A DNA stretch of 64,000 nt from Rhodospirillales bacterium (lineage in GTDB: Bacteria > Pseudomonadota > Alphaproteobacteria > Bin95). Where the stretch lies: contig JAYQLI010000035.1 in NCBI GenBank assembly GCA_038143065.1, positions 288,001 through 352,000 on the forward strand. Direction: 5' to 3'. The notes beneath the pieces are model-generated. The model did not search any database and was not told the DNA's origin. It saw only the letters and a program-made list of their open reading frames with translations. Every line of letters begins with the position of its first letter. Within the stretch, counting starts at the first letter, position 1. The translations under genes were made by a program, and so were the position numbers. This document shows, piece by piece, positions 47,569 through 56,889 of the stretch.

Positions 47569-47735
47569 GTAGCAAAGGCAATACTTTGTAATAGCCCCGT
47601 AAGCTGTTATTTGACCCAAAACGTTGCCTAATCCAATTGGACAAAATCACAGCTAAGTGACGGAACTATAGTGATTTGGAATCTGTTTGTTCGGACTAAG
47701 TCCTTAACTTAGTGATTTGAGAGGATCTAAAGATT

Positions 47736-48253
47736 ATGAGTTATTCACCAAAACAAGTTGGGCCAAATCGCTTCCGAGAAAATATTGGGCGATATTTTGA
47801 AGATTTTGAAGTTGGTCATATTTATGAACATCGTCCTGGCCGCACAATTTCAGAAGCAGACAATACTTGGTTCACACTTCTGACTATGAATACCCATCCT
47901 TTGCATTTTGATTTTGAATACGCGAAGCACAGTGAATTTGGGAAACCTTTGGTAAATAGTGCATTCACTCTAGCAGTAGTAGCTGGAATGAGTGTATCTG
48001 ACACCAGTCAAAAAGCGATCGCGAACTTAGGTGGACTGATATCAAGCTGACAGCACCTGTGTTCATAGGTGATACAATTTATGCAGAGTCTGAGGTGCTT
48101 GATAAGCGGGAATCAAAATCACGCCCAACCCAGGGAGTGGTTAAAATTAAGACAACTGCTAAGAAGCAATGCGGGACCATATTTATGAGTTATGAGCGTG
48201 TAATGCTTATGCCAAAACGAGGCCATGCGGTTGATGATAAAGCCGAGTATTAA
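47736..48253 (+). CDS. MaoC-family (R)-specific enoyl-CoA hydratase, RipB/itaconyl-CoA hydratase-like (indel near 48031)
   Basis: GRYFEDFEVG, RTISEADN, MNTHPLHFD, ANLG(W), PVFIGDT, KRESKSRP. Confidence 0.88.
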
Positions 48254-48460
48254 GCCTCTTTAAAGATACTCTAGGCCGATTTTGGTTGATGATGAAATGC
48301 ACAAGGTTTCAGTGTCATCTAAAGTAAAACCAGCCTCATTTTGAAAATAAGCAATAGATTAAATTTTTACAGCCGATAGTCATAAGTCCTTCTTGCGATA
48401 TTGAGGTATGAGGGGCTAGCCTAACATTGTCGTTCGAATTTGTTTCAGAAAGTTAAAGAG

Positions 48461-49973
48461 ATGCAAGACAGCTCATATGATGTCGTAGTAGTTGGTGCAG
48501 GTAATGCTGCCCTATGTGCAGCCATTTCAGCAAAAGAGCATGGTGCTAAAGTCCTAGTCTTGGAGAAGGCACCAGAAGATGAAAAAGGCGGCAATTCATA
48601 TTTTACTGCTGGTGGATTTCGTTTTGTGCACACTGGCTTAGACGATGTACGGGATGATGTCCTAGTCGATATGTCGGACGACGAAGCAGATAAAATGATC
48701 CTTCCCTCGCACGATAAACAATTTTTCTATGACACCCTTATGAAGGTGACTCGGGGGCAATCGAATGAGGATTTGGCTTGGACATTACATAAACGGGTCG
48801 CGGCCTGCTATGGCGTGGCTGCGTGAAAATGGTGTTCGGTTCATACCAATGTATGGACGGCAATCTTTCGAAGTTGATGGAAAACAGCACTTCTATGGCG
48901 GTGTTAATATCGAAGCAGTAGGTGGCGGAGCAGGGCTTGTTGAATTTCTTCTTGAACGCTGCCGTAAGGTTGGAATTGATATCCGTTATGGTACAGGTGC
49001 CACTAAACTGTACCAAGATGAGAACTATCGGATAACTGGCCTGCAGGTAAGAGCACAAGGTGGCTATGAAGATATTGCATGTAAGTCAGTTGTTCTGGCT
49101 TGCGGGGGATTTGAGAGTAACCCAGAGATGCGTGTTAGGTATCTAGGTCAAGGTTGGGACCTGGCCCGAGTGCGAGGCACCAGACATAATACCGGCGATG
49201 GTATTCAGATGGCACTAGACATCGGGGCTGTGCCCTATGGAAACTGGTCAGGTTGCCACTCCGTAGGTTGGGATATTTCAGCCCCACCATTTGGTGATCG
49301 ATGGGTTTTAGACAATTTTCAGAAGCATTCGTACCCACTTGGTATAATGGTTAATATCCACGGTGAGCGGTTTGTGGATGAGGGTGAAGATTATAGAAAT
49401 TTGACATATGTGCGTTTTGGAAAAGCCATTATGGGGCAGCCTCATTACACATGTGTTCAGATTTTTGATCAAAAGACTACTCATCGCTTGCGTGATGAAT
49501 ACAGGATCAAGGAAGTCACTCACGTAAAATCCGATACAATCGAAGGGTTTGCATAGCAATTAGAGATTTCTGTAGAGGGATTAAAAAAGACCATCGAAGA
49601 ATATAATGCCGCCTGTCCAGACCAGAGCTTTATTGATGCCAATTATAATCCAGCAATTTTAGATAACGTGGGCACAACAGGTATATCGCCTGCTAAATCT
49701 AATTGGGCTCTGCCCATTGATGAGCCTCCATATGAAGCATGGGTAACTACAACTGGTGTTACCTTCACTTTTGGGGGTCTAAAGATTGATGACAAAAACT
49801 GTGTTCAAGATAAAGCGGACCGAGGTATTCCTGGCCTCTTTGCGGCGGGAGAACTGGTAGGGGGATTATTTTACGAGAATTATCCCGGTGGGACAGGCTT
49901 AATGTCTGGTTCTGTCTTTGGTCGAAGGGCTGGCGAATTTGCAGCCGAATATGCCCGTACAACGAACACCTGA
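48461..49973 (+). CDS. FAD-dependent oxidoreductase, TcuA (tricarballylate dehydrogenase)/CobZ-like (indel near 48787; in-frame TAG at 49554-49556)
   Basis: VVGAGNAA, GGNSYFT, GGFESNPEMR, VRGTRHNTGDG, GCHSV.WD, TFTFGGL, NYPGGTGL. Confidence 0.85.
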
Positions 49974-49989
49974 TAGATTGGTTTTCATA

Positions 49990-50880
49990 ATGCAAGATAC
50001 CAATATGCTTGGGTTTGTGGGCGTCGGGGTAATGGGCGAAAAGATGTGTCGCAACATGGCGCAGAAGTCCGGGAAGCCTGTACTTGCCTTTGATCAAAAC
50101 AAGGAGCCACTTCAGCGTTTGTCAGAATTTGGCGTTGAGAGCGCAACTGGTCTTTCAGATATTATGGCAAGATCAGAGATGGTCTTTCTATCATTACCAG
50201 GTGAGCCACAAGTGCGAGAAGTCGTGCTTGGCCCTGGGGGGTTGTTAGAAAGTGCAAAACCTGGCCAAACAATAGTTGATTGTTCGACTTGTCCTGTGCA
50301 CCTTGCTCAAGAAATTGCTCAAAAAGCGAAATCAAAAGGTGTAAATTTCTTAGATGCACCAGTATCTCGCGGTACCACTGCAGCAGACAACGGAACACTC
50401 AATTTTATGGTCGGTGGTGAAGAAAATGTTTTCAATGCTGCCAGACCGTTCATTGAAACAATGGGCGTAGATATAATTCTTTGTGGAGGGCATGGTGCAG
50501 GGCAGGCTGTAAAGCTGATGAACAATATGATTGTTGTGCAAACTGTCCATGCGATCGCAGAGGCGCTTAAGGTGGCCCAAGCGTCGGGTGCCGTCGATGG
50601 CAAGGTACTGTTTGAGACGTTGACAACTGGTTCTGCAGATAGTTTTGTTTTACGAAATCATGGCTTAAAAAGTATGTTGCCAGGTACGCATCCGCCACAG
50701 ACCTTTCCAGTAAAGTATATTATGAAGGATCTTGGCTACGCGCTTGATTTAGCTAAATCATCAGGTGTTAAGATGACAGGCGCTGAGGCAACAATGGAGC
50801 TCTGTAAGCGAGCTGAAAAAATGGAATTTGGTGATCGTTATTACACAATTCTCATTGAGGCCTTGGAGTCTATTAAGTGA
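49990..50880 (+). CDS. NAD(P)-dependent beta-hydroxyacid dehydrogenase family
   Basis: GFVGVGVMG, DAPVSRG, GQAVKLMNN with catalytic Lys, KDL. Confidence 0.9.
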   Translation: MQDTNMLGFVGVGVMGEKMCRNMAQKSGKPVLAFDQNKEPLQRLSEFGVESATGLSDIMARSEMVFLSLPGEPQVREVVLGPGGLLESAKPGQTIVDCSTCPVHLAQEIAQKAKSKGVNFLDAPVSRGTTAADNGTLNFMVGGEENVFNAARPFIETMGVDIILCGGHGAGQAVKLMNNMIVVQTVHAIAEALKVAQASGAVDGKVLFETLTTGSADSFVLRNHGLKSMLPGTHPPQTFPVKYIMKDLGYALDLAKSSGVKMTGAEATMELCKRAEKMEFGDRYYTILIEALESIK

Positions 50881-51692
50881 CTAAAAATTGGGAAGTATAC
50901 GCGTTCCGATACGCAGCAATGCCCGAACGTTACGAAGCTGAGCTTTTTATAGGAGGCCGGCCCAATGCGAATTGGGGAATGGATTATTTTTTTTGGATGC
51001 TGCGGTCTGGTACTGAAGTAATTGTCGTTGATACCGGTGCAAATGCGGCAAAAATGCCTGCTAAAGGACGGACTCCATTAATCTCGATCGAAGATGCTTT
51101 AGCAGGTGTCGGAGTAAAAGCCGAAGATGTTAGTCAAGTATTTCTTACCCATGCTCATTGGGATCATATCGGAAACTTAGATAGTTTTCCCAAGGCACAT
51201 TTCTGGATTCAGCAGGCAGAGATGGCCTCAATTACTGGCCCAGATATGACTTTTGCTAAGATCCGAGGCGCTTATCAGGCAGATGAAGTTCAGAGACTGG
51301 TTGGTTTAGTTTACGAGGACAGGATAACCTTTTTGGACGGCGACGGATGCTTTAATGATGGCGTCGACTATCTGCTGATGCCTGGTCATAGCGCGGGACA
51401 AACCGCCCTTCGAATAAGTACTACGTCTGGGCAGCTGCTTCTGGCTTCAGATGCGGTTCATTACTATCGGGAAGCTGCCGAAGAACTATGTTTTTTGGCT
51501 TTCAATGATGCGAAAGCAATGCTTTCGAGTCTTCGCCGCTGTAAGGCAGAAATAGCTGGTGATTGGGATAGAATGATTCCTGGTCATGACCCACAAGTTA
51601 CTTGGCGTTATCCAGCTGAAACGCACCTGAGTAATGGAGATCCGGTAGCTCTTCGAGTAGATTTGGCACCAATTAAGGGACTGGAGCCTTAG
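50877..51692 (+). CDS. Metallo-beta-lactamase-fold lactonase (N-acyl homoserine lactonase family)
   Basis: VDTG, THAHWDHIG (HxHxDH), GHSAG, SDAVH, PGHD. Confidence 0.85.
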   Translation: MTKNWEVYAFRYAAMPERYEAELFIGGRPNANWGMDYFFWMLRSGTEVIVVDTGANAAKMPAKGRTPLISIEDALAGVGVKAEDVSQVFLTHAHWDHIGNLDSFPKAHFWIQQAEMASITGPDMTFAKIRGAYQADEVQRLVGLVYEDRITFLDGDGCFNDGVDYLLMPGHSAGQTALRISTTSGQLLLASDAVHYYREAAEELCFLAFNDAKAMLSSLRRCKAEIAGDWDRMIPGHDPQVTWRYPAETHLSNGDPVALRVDLAPIKGLEP

Positions 51693-51696
51693 TGAA

Positions 51697-52494
51697 ATGA
51701 CGAAGACTTGGAAGATATATGGAATTCGTTACGCCACGCAAAATGGACGCTTAGCCAGCCACACGTTTCTTTGGGGATCAGCTGAAGAAGAACTAACTGG
51801 TCTCGATTATTACTCCTGGGTTTTAGTCTCCGATGATCGTGCCATAGTCGTTGATACGGGAGGGGCTGAGCGCAAAATCAAGGGACTTGGTAGGCAATGG
51901 ATTGCATCACCGCTGGATGCTCTCAAAGAATTAGGTGTAGATCCAAGTAATGTAGAGGATGTAATTGTTTCACATGCCCATTGGGACCATGTAGGTGAAC
52001 TTGCTGCGTTTCCCAAGGCTCGTTTTTATATGAATGATCTTGAGATGGAGAGTATCACCGGTGAGGATATGACCTTTGCAGTGATGCGCGAAGCATATCA
52101 TGCAGAGGAAGCACAGCAGCTGGTTGGGCTTGCATATGAAGATCGCCTTACGTTTCTAAGAGGCGATGGTCAGTTCGCTAATGGGATCGATTATACGCTA
52201 ATAGGCGGTCATTCAGCGGGTCAGATAGCTCTTACAGTTCAGACTGAACGCGGTCCTGTAGTTCTTGCAACCGATGCAATCCACTTATGGGAAGAGGTAG
52301 AAAAAGAGCGCGCTTTCCTAATTTTTCATGATCTGAGACAGATGTTAAAGGGCTACCGGAAGATGGATCAAATGGTGGCTGGTGATCTTACTCGTCTTCT
52401 GCCAGGTCATGATCCTCTTATAAAAGACCGCTATCCCATCGTTAAAAAACATGGTGATGAGCCTTTCATCTTGGACCTTGGTGGAGTTATTTAG
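51697..52494 (+). CDS. Metallo-beta-lactamase-fold lactonase, tandem paralog
   Basis: VDTG, SHAHWDHVG, GHSAG, TDAIH, PGHD. Confidence 0.85.
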   Translation: MTKTWKIYGIRYATQNGRLASHTFLWGSAEEELTGLDYYSWVLVSDDRAIVVDTGGAERKIKGLGRQWIASPLDALKELGVDPSNVEDVIVSHAHWDHVGELAAFPKARFYMNDLEMESITGEDMTFAVMREAYHAEEAQQLVGLAYEDRLTFLRGDGQFANGIDYTLIGGHSAGQIALTVQTERGPVVLATDAIHLWEEVEKERAFLIFHDLRQMLKGYRKMDQMVAGDLTRLLPGHDPLIKDRYPIVKKHGDEPFILDLGGVI

Positions 52495-53228
52495 CCAGGA
52501 ATTCCGACCATCTCTGTGAGACAACGATATCTAACGGTTTCTTTTTGGTCTGACATTTCGTGAAAGCCGTCAGTTTTAAGAATTTCCCAAAAGTAATCTT
52601 GAGCTTCGCGGTTTGGGAAATAAAGTTCTGGAATACCAAAGCAGGGCGCGCCTTCGGGATTTAAAGCGAGGCTTACGGTATATCGAAAACCACCAGCCAG
52701 TTTCATTGTGTCACGGACGTTTGGTCCATGTATATCTAACCAGTGATCTCGGAAAGTTTGCAAATCTATCCCGGGCTTTGGCTGGACAAAGGATATTTGT
52801 TTCAGAAATCCTGAGCGGGTTGTTGGAAATGGTTGGTTCAAAGTGAGTGGGGGCGTAGGTAAATCTCCATCAACAAATACAAATTCCTCTGTTGCAAATA
52901 TACGATATGGTTCGACCTTTTGTTGAAAAGTGTCGGTTGGGTTTAAACCACGCAATTCAGATGGGATTTTGGGGCTACTTGCGTACCAAAGAGCTGCCAT
53001 GCCATCCCATTTCTGGCGACTAGTATCATGTGGCTCAAATAAACTGGCCTCATACCGCCACGCATTGGGTTCACCAGCTTCTTTTGCGTTTTCATTGCGC
53101 TCAATAACGTTTGGCATATGGTTAGCATACCAGTGCGCAATCATTTCATCCCTGGTGGTGGTTTCTTTGCGCTGTATTAGAGCAAAAGTTTTAACGCCTG
53201 GTGTGGGTGGTGGACGCTTTTCAATCAT
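52491..53228 (-). CDS. Tandem EthD-like (dimeric alpha+beta barrel) domain protein
   Basis: Two repeats: KTFALIQRK...AHWYANHMP...WDGMAALWY and KQISFVQPKPG...FRDHWLDIHGP...GIPELYF. Confidence 0.72.
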   Translation of the reverse strand: MIEKRPPPTPGVKTFALIQRKETTTRDEMIAHWYANHMPNVIERNENAKEAGEPNAWRYEASLFEPHDTSRQKWDGMAALWYASSPKIPSELRGLNPTDTFQQKVEPYRIFATEEFVFVDGDLPTPPLTLNQPFPTTRSGFLKQISFVQPKPGIDLQTFRDHWLDIHGPNVRDTMKLAGGFRYTVSLALNPEGAPCFGIPELYFPNREAQDYFWEILKTDGFHEMSDQKETVRYRCLTEMVGIPG

Positions 53229-53232
53229 TGAT

Positions 53233-53736
53233 TTATGCGCCAGTTCCTGTTTCGAGTGCATTGACAAGCTGAGAAAGCGCAGTAGCCGCAAACCTAATCA
53301 TATTCTCTGCTCTATCGTTGTCCCCTGTTTCGAGGGTCATAGCAAGATTTTGGGGACCACATAGGGCAATGCATGAGTGGCCAGCAAGATCTCCATATCG
53401 ATTTCCAGTGGGCCCGGCGGCACCAGTTTCAGCAAGCCCCCAGTCAGAATTATGAATTTCACGTATACGGCTCGCAAGTTGAGAGGCATAAGGTTCAGAG
53501 GAAGATCGTATCCCGGCTTCATCCATCTCTTTTTGAGTTATTCCAATAAGGCCTTGCCGAGCTTGCAGTGTATAAACAACAGCGCCACCCAAAAAATATC
53601 GGGACGCACCGGGAACAGCCAGAAGCGAAGAAGAAATCAATCCACCAGCCGAGCTTTCAGCAATGGCTATTGTTTCACCGCGATTTCTAAGATGGTCAGC
53701 GGCTATGTTGGCTAGGCGCAGAAGGTTAGGATTCAT
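53233..53736 (-). CDS. CinA-family protein, second and atypical copy
   Basis: AESSAGGLI, VPGASRYF, ETGAAGPTG. Confidence 0.85.
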   Translation of the reverse strand: MNPNLLRLANIAADHLRNRGETIAIAESSAGGLISSSLLAVPGASRYFLGGAVVYTLQARQGLIGITQKEMDEAGIRSSSEPYASQLASRIREIHNSDWGLAETGAAGPTGNRYGDLAGHSCIALCGPQNLAMTLETGDNDRAENMIRFAATALSQLVNALETGTGA

Positions 53737-53836
53737 AGTTCTAGATTCCCAAAGTTAAAGTATCTGTAAACATGGCGGTATCTGGAATAGTCTGTCAAAG
53801 TATTCCTGTATTTTATGCAACCCGAGGAGATGATTA

Positions 53837-54223
53837 ATGAAAGCAGAACTTGGTTATCTTGTAGCGTGTTGTGTACTTAGCTTGGTCATTTGGTTGCCCT
53901 ATATCCTAGGCCGAATTTCAGCTTGGGGTCTTATTGAGGCAATGGGATATCCTGCAAAGGAATTGCCTCAGCCGCAATGGGCGTTGCGTTTGCAGAAGGC
54001 TCACAGGAACTTGACTGAAAATCTGGTTCCATTTGGGGGGCTAATTTTGGCAGCTGAAGTTGCTGGTATGACAAACGATATGACTGCTTTGGGAGCTATG
54101 ATTTTCTTCTGGTCTCGCGTTGTCTACACGATCGTGTATGCCTTGGGGATCCCAATACTGAGGACCTTAGCGTTTGCTGTTGGTTTGGTTGGGTGTCTTC
54201 TAGTCGCCAGTGCTTTTTTATAA
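53837..54223 (+). CDS. MAPEG family membrane protein
   Basis: WALRLQKAHRNLTENL, FFWSRVVY, LRTLAF. Confidence 0.88.
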   Translation: MKAELGYLVACCVLSLVIWLPYILGRISAWGLIEAMGYPAKELPQPQWALRLQKAHRNLTENLVPFGGLILAAEVAGMTNDMTALGAMIFFWSRVVYTIVYALGIPILRTLAFAVGLVGCLLVASAFL

Positions 54224-54260
54224 AACGTCACAGAAGTTTTTTGCCTGATTTAATCCCAAT

Positions 54261-54668
54261 TTAGAGTGGTTTAAATTTGGGGATGGTAAGCTCATCCGAA
54301 ACCTGGTCGAAGAAAACTATAACTGGCATTCCTATCTTGACTGAGTCCACGTCATCTGTGACCACATTCGTCATTATACGTGCGCCTTCTTCAAGGGTGA
54401 TACTAGCGATCACGTAAGGACAGTCATCTGCAAACGCTGCTCCAGCTGGCCGGCGTGCAACTGTAAAACTATAAATTTCTCCTTTACCTGAAGCTTCAAC
54501 CCACTCTACCTGGCTCTCATCTACACCAGGTACTAATTGACGGCTGTACAGGAAAGTTTGGCCGGTTTTATTACAGCGTTGGATCATTAATTTTCCAGCT
54601 CTCGCGCCATCCCAATAGGGCGCAGAGTCTGGGTCGATTGCAGGGACAATTTTTTTATATTCAGTCAT
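54261..54668 (-). CDS. DUF35 (Zn-ribbon/OB-fold) thiolase partner protein
   Basis: PYWDGARAGKL.IQRC, ASGKGEIYSFTV, PYVIA.I.LEEG.RIMTN, IGMPV. Confidence 0.9.
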   Translation of the reverse strand: MTEYKKIVPAIDPDSAPYWDGARAGKLMIQRCNKTGQTFLYSRQLVPGVDESQVEWVEASGKGEIYSFTVARRPAGAAFADDCPYVIASITLEEGARIMTNVVTDDVDSVKIGMPVIVFFDQVSDELTIPKFKPL

Positions 54669-54671
54669 AAT

Positions 54672-55850
54672 TTATGGCTTCTCATTGGAAAGAACGACCG
54701 TGGCACCTGAGGATAGAACGCCTCCCGTACCATGACATACCGCAGTTTTTACGTTTGCAGCTTGACGGCCTCCAAGACCCCCCCGAAGCTGCCTGGTTGC
54801 CTCGATAAGAAGGAATATACCGTACATACCAGGATGACAGTAAGATAAGCCGCCTCCATTGGTATTCATTGGAAATTCACCGCTTGGGGCTGTGCGTTGT
54901 CCCTTGACGAAATCTTTCCCTTCGCCACGAGCGCACAGTCCTAGAGCTTCCATTGTTAGAAGAACAGTAATTGTAAAGCTGTCATAGATCATCGCCATAT
55001 CCATGTCCGATGGCTTCAGTCCCGCCATTGCGTAAGCCCGTGATGACGAGTGTTCGGCGACCTCTAGACGTGACATGTCAGGCATATAATTAATGTTAGA
55101 GTGGCTCGCACTCTCTCCATGACCAAGAACATAAATTGGTTTGACCTTCAGGTCTTTCGCGCGTTCCTCGGTGGTCATTACCACTGCTCCACCACCGTCA
55201 GTCACAAGACAACAATCTTGTCTTCCAAGCGGATCAACAATTGGTGCGGCATTGAGCACTTCATCCATTGTAAGTGGGTCACGGAAAGCGGCAGCTGGAT
55301 TGAGGGCAGCCCAACTGCGGGTTGCAACAGCAATTTCGGCTAGTGTTTCACGACTAGAGCCATAGTTATAGAAATGGCGATTAGCTGCCATCGCATAAGC
55401 GCCGGCTGGTGAAGGCAGCCCTGCAGTCATATCGAATTGATTTGAAAAGAGAGCTGGCCTGCCGCCGAGGCTGCGCGCAGCCTGACTTTTCTGCATTGAA
55501 CCGTAGAGGATTAACACAGTGTCACATACACCGGCCTTGATCATCTCATATGCATGCCCGGCATGAAGTACGAACGCAGAGCCACCAACGTTTGAACCAT
55601 CCAAGTATTTCGGCATTCTAATGCCCAAATATTCTGTGAGTAGGTTAGGCTGCATTGCGCCGGGCCCAGGCATGCCCCACATGCCTGCTACAGCTACGCC
55701 ATCAACGTCTGACATAGTGAGGCCAGCCTCAGATAGAGCTTCAATGGCGCAATCGCGTTGCATATTTAACACGTGCGTGCCTGGTAAAGCCCGTCCTCGG
55801 TTTTCCGTTGGGGCATCTGAAACACCAACTATAACAGGTTGTCGCGACAT
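54672..55850 (-). CDS. SCP2-type thiolase-fold protein (Ltp2/retro-aldolase-like)
   Basis: DCCLVTDGGGA, IYDSFT, NTNGGGLSYCHPG, EATRQLRG; adjacent DUF35 gene. Confidence 0.88.
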   Translation of the reverse strand: MSRQPVIVGVSDAPTENRGRALPGTHVLNMQRDCAIEALSEAGLTMSDVDGVAVAGMWGMPGPGAMQPNLLTEYLGIRMPKYLDGSNVGGSAFVLHAGHAYEMIKAGVCDTVLILYGSMQKSQAARSLGGRPALFSNQFDMTAGLPSPAGAYAMAANRHFYNYGSSRETLAEIAVATRSWAALNPAAAFRDPLTMDEVLNAAPIVDPLGRQDCCLVTDGGGAVVMTTEERAKDLKVKPIYVLGHGESASHSNINYMPDMSRLEVAEHSSSRAYAMAGLKPSDMDMAMIYDSFTITVLLTMEALGLCARGEGKDFVKGQRTAPSGEFPMNTNGGGLSYCHPGMYGIFLLIEATRQLRGGLGGRQAANVKTAVCHGTGGVLSSGATVVLSNEKP

Positions 55851-55896
55851 GATAGTCCTTTAGTAATTTTGCGTGAATTATAGCAGGAAAAGATAT

Positions 55897-56778
55897 TTAT
55901 TCGGCTGCCATTGCGATATTTTTACCCAGTGCATCATCCTCAATGGTGAGGCGATGCATAATACGTGTGTCAGGCCAATAGTCAGCAACAGCGTAGTGCA
56001 GACTTGAACGATTGTCCCAAAATGCAATGGTGCCTTTTTGCCATTGCAATCGATATTGGAACTCGGGCTTAGCACAGTGGCGAGTTAATAAAGCATGAAG
56101 CCCCTCACTCTCGTACTTTGTTACGCCTAATATTGCAGCTGTAAAACTCTCTGAAAAGTACAGGCAACGTTCCCCCGTAACAGGATGCCGCGGAACTAAA
56201 GGATGTTTAACTGGAGGATTTTCATCTCGCATTTGTATCATTCCCTCCCGGCCAGGACCTTCCCAATTCCTGGCTTTTTCTGGAGAAGAATGCAGGCGCA
56301 TAAAATCATATAAGCCAATTTTATCCTCAAGAAGAGCTCGCATAGGTTCTGAGAGGCCTCTCCATGCTGCTGTAAGTGACACAAAGATAGTGTCACCACC
56401 TATTTCTGGCGGCTGTTCTGCTTTTAAAACAGAGCCAAATTCAGGTTTGGCTCTGAACATTCCATCTGCGTGAAAATGATCAATGTAGGGTGGTCGATCT
56501 CGGTCATTCACGATGACTGAAACCTCACTGCTATCATCTCGCGTCTCAAATGCAGCACGACGAGCTTGACGGAGAGGACCAAAATGTTTTGCAAAAGTGG
56601 CTTGTTCGATTGGCGTAACGTCCTGGTTACGGAAAAATACCACTTGATGGCGCATTAATGCAGCATGAATTTCACGCGCTACGGACTCATCAATGCCAGC
56701 CTTCAGATCAACACCTGAAATAAATGCACCACAATTGCGAGATGCTGGTTGGACTGAAATGTGTGCGTAGTCTTGCAT
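55897..56778 (-). CDS. TauD/TfdA-family Fe(II)/2-oxoglutarate dioxygenase
   Basis: VVFFRNQ, FHAD (HxD), GGDTIF, HPLV..HP.TG, WDNRSSLHYA, RIMHR. Confidence 0.92.
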   Translation of the reverse strand: MQDYAHISVQPASRNCGAFISGVDLKAGIDESVAREIHAALMRHQVVFFRNQDVTPIEQATFAKHFGPLRQARRAAFETRDDSSEVSVIVNDRDRPPYIDHFHADGMFRAKPEFGSVLKAEQPPEIGGDTIFVSLTAAWRGLSEPMRALLEDKIGLYDFMRLHSSPEKARNWEGPGREGMIQMRDENPPVKHPLVPRHPVTGERCLYFSESFTAAILGVTKYESEGLHALLTRHCAKPEFQYRLQWQKGTIAFWDNRSSLHYAVADYWPDTRIMHRLTIEDDALGKNIAMAAE

Positions 56779-56889
56779 CGCATTAGCTCCTTTTCTGCAT
56801 CCTATGTATCCTTAGCTTGTGGCCTCTGGTCAATGGCCATTTTTTGGCTAAAGCTTACATCAATAACAGTATTTCGAGGATGAATTATT

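Noticed and set aside
48285-48320. GATGATGAAA...TTTCAGTGTCATC stem-loop as an sRNA or riboswitch upstream of the TcuA-like gene
   Set aside because: A single imperfect hairpin without a recognisable aptamer motif or U-tract
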